DNA of 64,000 nucleotides from Acidimicrobiia bacterium (GTDB taxonomy: Bacteria > Actinomycetota > Acidimicrobiia > Spongiisociales > Spongiisociaceae), in assembly GCA_041576165.1 (NCBI GenBank), contig JBFGLM010000002.1:64001-128000 (forward strand). The letters run 5' to 3'. Within the stretch, counting starts at the first letter, position 1; the number at the start of each line of letters is the position of its first letter. Shown here piece by piece: positions 30,851 to 39,288 of this stretch. The notes below the pieces were generated by a model. The model was given only the letters and a program-made list of their open reading frames with translations. It was not told the DNA's origin and did not search any database. A program made the translations under genes and the position numbers.

Positions 30851-32337
30851 TGGACTACGACCTCGATCCCTACGGCGATCCGGTCGCCGTCGATGACGTC
30901 GTGCTGCGTACCCCCGGCCTGGCCGGACGCGTACGGACGATCACCGCCTCCGGGCAGGCCATGCGTTCGGAGGCCCAATGGACGTCGGCTCTGTCCGAGG
31001 CGCTGGCCAACGAGAACGTCGAGCCCCAGGTCGTCGTTGAGATATCCGACACAGAGGAGACCGACGTTCCGGCGGGCGTAGGCACCCGTTCGACCGCAAT
31101 CGGGGAGCCGGGAATCGAACTCGAGGTGCCCGGGCCCGGCACCGGGTGGGGTCAGCTGATCCTGTACACCGACGAATCGGGAGTTGCCACCTGGGAGTTC
31201 GCAGAGAACGGAGACAGCCAGGAGGCGGCTACGCGCGGTGCAAATACTCAGACGTACGTGCTCCGGCGTTCCGTGCCGCCGCCGGCAGCCCCTGAAGCCG
31301 GCGCTAGTCGCGGGGTGCTCTCGTCCATCGGTAGGAAGGTCTTGGGCGTCTTGGCTTTCAAGCTGATTGATCCAGTAATAGGCGCGATCGGAGAGGCCTT
31401 TGCCGAGCGGTGGGAGGCGAAGAAGCGGCCATATCGCATCCGGTCGTTTGCTCCCGATTCGTACCGAGAGTCCGACGGCCCGCTGATCGATTCGACCGGA
31501 TGGAACCGTCTTGGTGAGGGCAAGTCACTGCTGTTCGTGCACGGCACGTTCTCCCGTGCCCATACGGGCTTCAGCGGGCTTTCACCCCACGTGATGAAGG
31601 ACCTGCACCGCATCTACGAGGGTCGGATCTTCGCGTTCGACCACTTCACCCTTTCCCACACTCCCCAGCAGAACATCGAATGGTTGCTCGGCCAGCTACC
31701 CGATGGCGTCAGCCTCGACCTGGACATCGTCTGCCATTCCCGGGGCGGTTTGGTGAGCCGGACACTGGCCGAGAAACAGGGTGAACTGTCGACCGGAGGC
31801 CGCACCGTCAACGTCGACAAACTGGTATTCGTCGCCACTCCCAACTCCGGGACGGCGCTGGTCGACACCGAGCACATGTCTCAGTTCATCGATACGTATA
31901 CAAACTTGTTCAACTTCGTGCCCGACAACGGGGTCACCGAAGTCCTGGAGGGCGTCATCACCGTGGCGAAACACATCGCCGTAGGCGCAGTCAAAGGTCT
32001 GACCGGTCTCCAATCCATGCATCCGGGGGGTGACTTCCTTCGGTGGCTCAACGTGCCGACCGGCATCGGAAGCCGCTACTACGCCCTCGCCGGCAATTTC
32101 GAGCCGGCGGACCGGGGGTGGGCGAACTGGGCCAAGAACCACCTCATGGACGCAATATTCCAAGGTAACAATGATCTTGTCGTACCGACCAAGGGTGTCT
32201 TTGCCGCCAACGGATCCACCCAGTTCCCGGTGGACCAGCGACTGGAGTTCGGTGCCGACGCCGGTATCAACCACAGCACCTTCTTCGCAGACCAGATCGT
32301 CCAGGACAGACTGCTGTCGTGGCTCGGGTCGGGCTAG
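30847..32337 (+). CDS. Alpha/beta-hydrolase (lipase-like) with N-terminal pro-region
   Basis: LFVHGTFS, IVCHSRGGLV (nucleophile elbow), VATPNSGT, NDLVVP, INHSTFF; ATGA-coupled to the CHAT gene. Confidence 0.85.
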   Translation: MMDYDLDPYGDPVAVDDVVLRTPGLAGRVRTITASGQAMRSEAQWTSALSEALANENVEPQVVVEISDTEETDVPAGVGTRSTAIGEPGIELEVPGPGTGWGQLILYTDESGVATWEFAENGDSQEAATRGANTQTYVLRRSVPPPAAPEAGASRGVLSSIGRKVLGVLAFKLIDPVIGAIGEAFAERWEAKKRPYRIRSFAPDSYRESDGPLIDSTGWNRLGEGKSLLFVHGTFSRAHTGFSGLSPHVMKDLHRIYEGRIFAFDHFTLSHTPQQNIEWLLGQLPDGVSLDLDIVCHSRGGLVSRTLAEKQGELSTGGRTVNVDKLVFVATPNSGTALVDTEHMSQFIDTYTNLFNFVPDNGVTEVLEGVITVAKHIAVGAVKGLTGLQSMHPGGDFLRWLNVPTGIGSRYYALAGNFEPADRGWANWAKNHLMDAIFQGNNDLVVPTKGVFAANGSTQFPVDQRLEFGADAGINHSTFFADQIVQDRLLSWLGSG

Positions 32338-32432
32338 CGCGGCCTGGTTTTCAACCGTCCGGCATCGGACGGTCGAGATGCGTAGGGTCGGGACGGGACT
32401 GGGGGTAGAAGTCGCACGTGGGACAAGGTCGG

Positions 32433-35400
32433 ATGGTGGCGAGCGGCGATCCACAAACATATGAACGCCCGGTCGCAAGGCCGGTGGCCGGCCGTCGTAC
32501 GTTCGCCCTGTGGCTCATCGTCGCGGCTGCCCTTCTCGTCATAGCGGCAACGCTGGCGGCACTGCCGATAGCTCATGGACTGGAGGAACACTGCACCGGC
32601 GATATCGTCGTCATGATCGATGCGCCGCTGCGGGCCGGTCCGCTCGATTGGTCGTTCAGCACCGAGGTTGTCGACCTCTCGGGTGACCCGATCCCCCCCG
32701 GCACCTACGACGTCAGCCTGGTGACTTCCGACCCAGGGCACGCGCAGCCGGGGGACGTGAGCCAGCCGGCCGAAATCTGGTACGTCGAGCTGCTCGATGC
32801 CGATACGAGTCCGATCTACACCTCCGAGTGGACGACCGACCTGGCCGATACCGCTACCGAGCGGATTGATGCCGTCCAGCCCCAGGCGGTTCTCGAGTCC
32901 GCCGCCATCACGCTGGTCGCGCGCCACGCCATCGAGGAGATCGAGCGCGACGGGAACGGCAACATCGTGGCCAGCGGCATCAACTCGCTCACCGCGGTGT
33001 GCGCCATCTTCAACTCGGTCTCCATGCCTGTTCTGCCCCTGGAGGTTGGCATCGCAGCCGAGGTGGATCCCGGATCAGTGACGGTCGGCGCCGCCTCCCC
33101 CGCGACCTTCCAGCTTTCGATCAGCAATATCGGCCAGGCTCCAGCCGGCGAGCTGGTGATCGATCAGCCCTTGTGCGGAGACGTCACGGGTCAAACGCTC
33201 GCTCCTGGCGGCGTGGTGACGGTGTCATGCCAGGTCGACGTGTCTCACGGCGGGGTGCTCGATTTGAGAGTCACGGGCGTGAGCGACGGCCGGGCGGTCG
33301 CCGGCGAGACGATGCTGGCGGTGCTCGTCTCAGAGCTCATGATCGAGCCCGAGGCACCGCTGGTTCAGGGGACCCAGGGCGGGTCAGCCACCATTGAGGG
33401 GGTCATCCGCGACAGTGGAACAGTGGCGCTGGCCGAGGTCACGCCCGCGGTCACCGGGCTGCCCGCCGGGGTCACTGCCTCCTGCGGCGCGGCCCCCGAC
33501 CTGGCCCCAGATCAAGAATCCAGCTTCACCTGTTCGCTCGCCGGTGTCGCCGCTGGTGGATCGGCGTTCGACGTTGCCGTCGGTGTGACCGCGGTGAGCG
33601 CCAACCCGGCCCGGGTGGCGGCGGCCGATACCGCCACTGTGACCGTCGTGCCGTGGGAGTCGCAGCCGGCGCTCACGATCGAGATCACACCGGAGACGAT
33701 CACGGTGACCGAGGGGGATACGGTGCAGTACACCGTCGTCGTGGGAGCCGCCGGTATCAATGTGCCTATCGACGTGATGGTTGATACTCCGGCCGACCAA
33801 TGCAGCCGCCAGATTCCGGCCGGCGCCGCCTTCCCCGATGTCCTGACGTGTGAGGTCGTGGCGACCAACACAACCACGATCGATGCGACGGCAACGGCCG
33901 ACACCGGAGGCGCCCAGCCACTCACGGCCACCGATGTATCGACCTTGATCGTCGAGGGCCTGGTCGACATCGAGCTGGACGTCTCGCTAGACGAGCAAAG
34001 GATCGACGTGGGAGACACGGTCGAAATGAGGGTGCTGGTGCGGAACCTCGGCCCGGCTAAGTCCGGGAAGGTGACGGTTGAGATTGATCTGCCCTCAACG
34101 ATCGGCACCGTGAGGTGCTCGGGCCCGCCCGCCGACACATTTGTTTGCTCACGCTGGGTTATCGAAGATGGTCTCGAGAAGGATGACCAGGCGGTTGCCT
34201 CCTACATCCTGCGCGGCGCGGCAGCCGGCTCCGACCCGATAGTTGCCGAAGTCGTTGAAATCGAGGGTGCCCGCGATACCGACTCGGAGCCAGACGACCA
34301 GACCGGCGACGACCACGACTCTGAGGCCCTGATCGTCGAGCGGCCGCCGAATCGCATCATCCCTCGGGGCACCATCAGCGGCTGTGTCTTTCTCGACGAC
34401 GACGAAGACGGCGAACTCGACACCGGCGAAGAGCTGCTCGACGGTGTCCGGGTGTTTTCGGGCTCCAGCAGCGACTTGACCGCCGGCTCGGGGTATTCGT
34501 TCCGGATAGAGGCCGGCACCTACCGGGTGGCGGTCGATGTGGACACCCTGCCGGGTCTCTTCGACTTCTCGACTCCCGCGACCCGCCTTGTCACGGTCCG
34601 GGCCAACCGAACAACGTCCGACATCTGCTTCGGCGTCGTGCCGACCGGCGTCTACACCTTCACCCTTACCGCCGATCCGGCAGAGATCCAGATCGATTCC
34701 ACGGCGGCCGTGAGCGTGCTCGTCGACGGCCCGGACCGGCCCGACGTCCCGGTCATCTTCGATCCGCTGCCCGGCGGCTTGGAGCTGGTCGGTCCCCGCC
34801 GGGTCGACGTGACTGTGGGCGAGCCCTTCGACGTCGAGATCAAAGGGGAACAAAACGGTCGATATTTGATATCAGCGCGAGCCCAAACCGACGGCGTCAC
34901 GGGACCAGTGGCAACGACTGCGCTGATTGTCATGCTTCCCCCCTCCAAGATAGGGGGCACGGTATTCGTGGATTCCGACGGGGACGGCGTGCTGGACCCC
35001 GACGAGGAGCCGCCGGCAGACGCATCGACCCTGCGGGTCCTGGCGATCAAACGCGACAAGATCCAGCCGGCCGCCGCTCAATCTGCGGGCTCGGGGCTCG
35101 GGTACTACGGCTCGGGGGTCCTTCAGTCCCGGATATCCCTGTTCCAGGGCGCGTCGCTGCTCGGCTTCGTCTTCTTCGTGGATGAAAACGGCCGCTACGT
35201 TACAGAGACGCTCACGCCGGGCAAGTACCAGCTGGAGCTGATCGATTCGGCCGACCGGCGCATCGAGTCGCTGCCCGAGGGCCGCCAGATCGCCCTGCCC
35301 CGCGACGCCGGCAATCACGACCTGGACTTTGCAGTGACCGCCCAGCTCGACGCCGACCGGATCAGCGGCCGGGTGTGGATCGACGAGAACGGTAACGGCG

Positions 35401-37769
35401 AGATAGATGACGGCGAACGGGGATGGGGCGGTGCCATGGTCACGATCTCCGACCTCGATGGGAACACCGAACCACAGATCGTGACGACCGAGCTGGTCGC
35501 GGGCGATGAGGCCCGATATGACGCGGTCGTCGAGCCGGGCCGCTATCGGGTCAGCATCGCCGATCAGGGGGGCGCCGAGCTGGGCTTCTCGACCGCGCAT
35601 CCGATCGACGTCGAGGTGCCCGGTGGCATCCCGTTCGACCAGGTGGACTTCGGCGTCACCGATGGGCCATTCGGCGTCATCAGTGGCGGCGTCTGGTGCG
35701 ATGTCAATGACAACGGAACGCTTGATCAAAACGAGACCAGCTTCCCCGGCGTTGTGACCTTGGGCGGGCCGGTCGGGCAGCGCACGGCCACTGTCCAGGC
35801 GGACGGGCACTACGAGTTCTCCGGGTTGAGCAAGGGCGATTACACGGTGGCCTACACCCAGCAGCGTTCCGAAGCCGACCCGATCGAAAAAAACGAGACG
35901 GTCACGCTCGGGCTGGCAGAGGTGAGAAACGACGTTGATCTCAAGCCCTGTCCCAAAGGTTCCATCGGCGGAATCATCTACGTCGACGAAAACAACAGCG
36001 GCTCCTTTGAAGAAGGAGCCGACCGCCCGGCGCGTGGGATCAGCGTCCAGTTGTGGCATTCAGGTGCTCCGATCTCGGAGCGAGCGGCCGTTGAGGTCGA
36101 GGATGTCCGAGAGGGGGAAGCCGCCCGATACCTGTTCCAGCATCTCGCCCCGGGCCTCTACAGGGTCGTCGTCATCGGTGCTGTTGATGACGCGACACTC
36201 GCCATCGGCCGGCGCACGCCCGTGACGATCGAGCCCGGTAGCACCGAGCGCGTCGATCTCGACGTGCGTTTCACCACACAGTCGGGCATCCCGCTCTGGG
36301 TGTGGGTCCTCCTCGGCGGCGCGGCGGCCTTGGCGATCCTGTACTACCTGACGCGGCACGTGCCGGTGCCCATGCCTGTCCCCATCCCAGGGTCGCCGCC
36401 TACCGACCGGGGGCCACCGACCCCGACCCCGTATCCGGGTGTCCGGCCCTTCGGACCGGCCGAGGCGCCGGTATTCGCCGGACGAGAACGCGAGATCAGG
36501 GCGCTCGAAGCTCTGACGTATCCCAACAGGATCCTGCTGCTGTACGGCCCGGCCGGTGCCGGCAAGACCTCGCTGCTGCAAGCTGGGTACATCCCTGCGC
36601 TCGACCCAACGGAATTCGAGGTCCTGCCCACTGCCCGCTTCCAGCTTGGACCGCCGCGCCCGCCCACGGATGGCGCCAACGTCTTCTCATATGCGGTGCT
36701 CTCTTACCTGTCTCAGTCCGCCGTGCCGGCTGCCGCCACCCTGGCGGATTACCTAGATCAGCGCCCGCCGATTGTTGGGGAATTCGACGTCGAGGTGGCG
36801 CGGGTGATCGTGATCGACGAGTTCCAGGAGATGTTCCGGCTCTATCCGGAGTACTGGCACCAGCGTCAATCCTTCTTCGATCAGATCGGCGAGGCGCTGG
36901 AATCCGATCCGCTGGTCCGGTTCGTGCTGTGCATCGACGAGCATGAGATGGGGGAGCTGGAGCCATTCATCGAGCAGTTCGGGCCACACGTCGTCTCGGA
37001 ATACCGAATCGAGCCGCTCCGGCCGGAGCAAGCGCTGGCGGCGATCTCCCATCCTGCGGAGCTGGACGGACGGCGTATGTCCGAGGCGGCGGCCGCGGCG
37101 TTGGTGGACGAGGCTCGCACCGTGCGTGCCGAGCATGACGGGCACCGGATCGAGGTTGTGTACGAGCATGCCGACCCGATGGCACTCCAGCTCAGCGCCG
37201 AAGCTACCTGGCGCCACGCTGACGGTGACGAGATTGGGCCCGACGACATCGTCGGGTGGGAGGATGGCGATGCTGCGATCGAGGCGTTCTACGAATCGAT
37301 CGTGGCCGCGGTGGCTCCCCAGGCCGGTGAAGCCGCGTTGAGAGAGTGGTGTGAGCGGGTTCTGATCGACCCGACCGGCAACCGGGCGGTGCTGGTCCCG
37401 GGTCGCGGCGGCGCCCGCCAGATGCCGGCCGACGTCATCGAATCGTTGACCATGCACACCTTGCTGGTCGGGTCGGTACGCGGAGACGTCCGCTGGCTGG
37501 AGCTGGCGCATGATCGTCTCGTGCCTGCCATCGAGCTCAGCAACCGGAAATGGAGGGAACAAACGCTGATCGAGGCATCGGCCGGCCTGCTCTCGGCCGC
37601 GGCCCGGATCTGGGAACGGCATGGCCGGGATGAAGACGGCCTCCTCGTGGACGGTGCGTTGACCGACGCCCGTCTGTGGGCGGCGGCGTATCCCACGCGG
37701 GTGGGTCCGCTCGAGCGTGAATACCTGGAGGCCAGCATCGCCGCCAGCGAGCGACCCGTCGGCAGCTGA
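32433..37769 (+). CDS. Giant adhesin (Ig-like/DUF11/SdrD-B repeats) - TM - nSTAND1-type NTPase fusion
   Basis: N-terminal signal/TM; five IxGxhhhDxxxxG SdrD-B starts (34374, 34950, 35361, 35678, 35963); TM ~36288-36355; PYPGVRPF...FAGRERE, GPAGAGKTS, VIDEFQEMF, ELAHDRLV. Start uncertain (32418-32433). Confidence 0.85.
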   Translation: MVASGDPQTYERPVARPVAGRRTFALWLIVAAALLVIAATLAALPIAHGLEEHCTGDIVVMIDAPLRAGPLDWSFSTEVVDLSGDPIPPGTYDVSLVTSDPGHAQPGDVSQPAEIWYVELLDADTSPIYTSEWTTDLADTATERIDAVQPQAVLESAAITLVARHAIEEIERDGNGNIVASGINSLTAVCAIFNSVSMPVLPLEVGIAAEVDPGSVTVGAASPATFQLSISNIGQAPAGELVIDQPLCGDVTGQTLAPGGVVTVSCQVDVSHGGVLDLRVTGVSDGRAVAGETMLAVLVSELMIEPEAPLVQGTQGGSATIEGVIRDSGTVALAEVTPAVTGLPAGVTASCGAAPDLAPDQESSFTCSLAGVAAGGSAFDVAVGVTAVSANPARVAAADTATVTVVPWESQPALTIEITPETITVTEGDTVQYTVVVGAAGINVPIDVMVDTPADQCSRQIPAGAAFPDVLTCEVVATNTTTIDATATADTGGAQPLTATDVSTLIVEGLVDIELDVSLDEQRIDVGDTVEMRVLVRNLGPAKSGKVTVEIDLPSTIGTVRCSGPPADTFVCSRWVIEDGLEKDDQAVASYILRGAAAGSDPIVAEVVEIEGARDTDSEPDDQTGDDHDSEALIVERPPNRIIPRGTISGCVFLDDDEDGELDTGEELLDGVRVFSGSSSDLTAGSGYSFRIEAGTYRVAVDVDTLPGLFDFSTPATRLVTVRANRTTSDICFGVVPTGVYTFTLTADPAEIQIDSTAAVSVLVDGPDRPDVPVIFDPLPGGLELVGPRRVDVTVGEPFDVEIKGEQNGRYLISARAQTDGVTGPVATTALIVMLPPSKIGGTVFVDSDGDGVLDPDEEPPADASTLRVLAIKRDKIQPAAAQSAGSGLGYYGSGVLQSRISLFQGASLLGFVFFVDENGRYVTETLTPGKYQLELIDSADRRIESLPEGRQIALPRDAGNHDLDFAVTAQLDADRISGRVWIDENGNGEIDDGERGWGGAMVTISDLDGNTEPQIVTTELVAGDEARYDAVVEPGRYRVSIADQGGAELGFSTAHPIDVEVPGGIPFDQVDFGVTDGPFGVISGGVWCDVNDNGTLDQNETSFPGVVTLGGPVGQRTATVQADGHYEFSGLSKGDYTVAYTQQRSEADPIEKNETVTLGLAEVRNDVDLKPCPKGSIGGIIYVDENNSGSFEEGADRPARGISVQLWHSGAPISERAAVEVEDVREGEAARYLFQHLAPGLYRVVVIGAVDDATLAIGRRTPVTIEPGSTERVDLDVRFTTQSGIPLWVWVLLGGAAALAILYYLTRHVPVPMPVPIPGSPPTDRGPPTPTPYPGVRPFGPAEAPVFAGREREIRALEALTYPNRILLLYGPAGAGKTSLLQAGYIPALDPTEFEVLPTARFQLGPPRPPTDGANVFSYAVLSYLSQSAVPAAATLADYLDQRPPIVGEFDVEVARVIVIDEFQEMFRLYPEYWHQRQSFFDQIGEALESDPLVRFVLCIDEHEMGELEPFIEQFGPHVVSEYRIEPLRPEQALAAISHPAELDGRRMSEAAAAALVDEARTVRAEHDGHRIEVVYEHADPMALQLSAEATWRHADGDEIGPDDIVGWEDGDAAIEAFYESIVAAVAPQAGEAALREWCERVLIDPTGNRAVLVPGRGGARQMPADVIESLTMHTLLVGSVRGDVRWLELAHDRLVPAIELSNRKWREQTLIEASAGLLSAAARIWERHGRDEDGLLVDGALTDARLWAAAYPTRVGPLEREYLEASIAASERPVGS

Positions 37770-37785
37770 GCTCGATCGCTGCTGG

Positions 37786-39210
37786 CTAACTGATGGCGGC
37801 GGTCTCTCCCCACCGCCGGCGCAGCTCGTCGGTGAACTCCTCGGGCTTGCCGGGATACAGCGATAGGTTCCACTGCTGGTTGAAGTAGCCCTTGACGTAG
37901 TCGATCATGCCCGGGTCGGCGTCCGGGCTGACCTGCACCGCCACATTGAGGAGCTGGTTGCTGACTCCGTGCCGGAAGCGGGGCAGGATGGCGTGAAGGA
38001 GCGCCCGGAATCCCAGGTCGTCCCAGTCGAAACCCAGGAACAGCAAGGCCCCTTTGCCAATCGCGTGCAGGATCGCCTGGGGCAACGTCGTCTGATCGCT
38101 GGTGACCCCTACTGCGAACGACAGGTAGTCGTCCTCGGACAGGATCATCGACTCGGCGTGGTGGTCGCCGCTGGTTCCGTATAGGTGATAGACGACCGGT
38201 TCGGTGGCTTTCAACTCGAACGAGGGGTCGTGGAGCCTGGAGGATTGTTCCGGCATGATCGCCTCGGACGGCCTATAGCGGTCGGACATCGGTATCCGCG
38301 GGTTGGGCTGCTCCTGCAGCGCCGCTTCGAGATACGCGTCCTGGTTGGTTGTCAGGTATACGGCAAGCGGCAGATCCGCCAGAATCCGGTACGGCGCAGT
38401 CTTGTCCGCCGCGTCGGAGATCTTCAGCTTCTCCAGCCGCTCGGACAAGGCATAGTTGGCCATCAGCTGGTCCTGAGAGTTCTTCACCTTCACGAACTGA
38501 ACCACCCGGGCAAACTCGCGCGCCCACCGGCGGGCCAACCTCTCCTGCGCGTCGGGCTCCTCGCTCGCCGCCAACTCGATCAGGTCGGCCGGTCGGTGAT
38601 AGCCGAACTTGTCCGCCCAGTCGGCGGCCAGGTCTGCCTTGATTCTGGTTGCGTCGGGTGACAAGCCGCCACCGAGGAAGGGCACCAACTTGCCGCGCTT
38701 GATATTGGCGATCAGCGCATCCCAGTCCTGGTCGGAGAAGCCGGTATCGGTGCTGCGCCACTCGATTGACCGGCTCTTGAACGTCTCCTCGATCTCTTCG
38801 ATCAGGGGCTCGAGGCTGGCCGCCTTCTCCTCGGTCAATTGGAAGGCTGGTTTCATCGCCACCTCGAGCAGCGCTTCCGGAAGCTCGTCCTGCGTGGGGC
38901 GCTCGACATCTGGCGCCATCAGCAACAGGATCCGGGCCGGGCCTCGTAGTGCCTGATGTAGCAGGTCGGCGATCGGATCGCCGTCTGTGTGCAGGGCTAC
39001 CGACCCGGTCTCGTCTTCGGCCAGCCATTGATCCCCGACGAGAACGACCAGCACCTCGGTATCGCTGAGCCGGTCGGCGCTGTCGGTATCCGGCGACGGC
39101 TGATCCAGAGCCACGTTGTGATCGCCGAAGTGCCGCGCCAGTAGCTCCCGGGTCGTTGAAGCAAGACCGGCCGTATCGGACCTGCGGTAACTGATCAGGA
39201 TCGTGGCCAC
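37786..39210 (-). CDS. TIR-like domain fused to a SIR2-like (SIR2_2) domain
   Basis: GGAGG then GTG 39210; ILISYRRSD TIR start; LVPFLGGG, YLTTNQD, VYHLYG, LSEDDY, LLFLGF. Confidence 0.85.
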   Translation of the reverse strand: MATILISYRRSDTAGLASTTRELLARHFGDHNVALDQPSPDTDSADRLSDTEVLVVLVGDQWLAEDETGSVALHTDGDPIADLLHQALRGPARILLLMAPDVERPTQDELPEALLEVAMKPAFQLTEEKAASLEPLIEEIEETFKSRSIEWRSTDTGFSDQDWDALIANIKRGKLVPFLGGGLSPDATRIKADLAADWADKFGYHRPADLIELAASEEPDAQERLARRWAREFARVVQFVKVKNSQDQLMANYALSERLEKLKISDAADKTAPYRILADLPLAVYLTTNQDAYLEAALQEQPNPRIPMSDRYRPSEAIMPEQSSRLHDPSFELKATEPVVYHLYGTSGDHHAESMILSEDDYLSFAVGVTSDQTTLPQAILHAIGKGALLFLGFDWDDLGFRALLHAILPRFRHGVSNQLLNVAVQVSPDADPGMIDYVKGYFNQQWNLSLYPGKPEEFTDELRRRWGETAAIS

Positions 39211-39288
39211 ATCGTCCTCCCGTTCGGTTTCCACCCTACGCATTCACCCGTGTCCGTGGCCGGCACCGCTTGGGTAGGGTGCTAGTCC

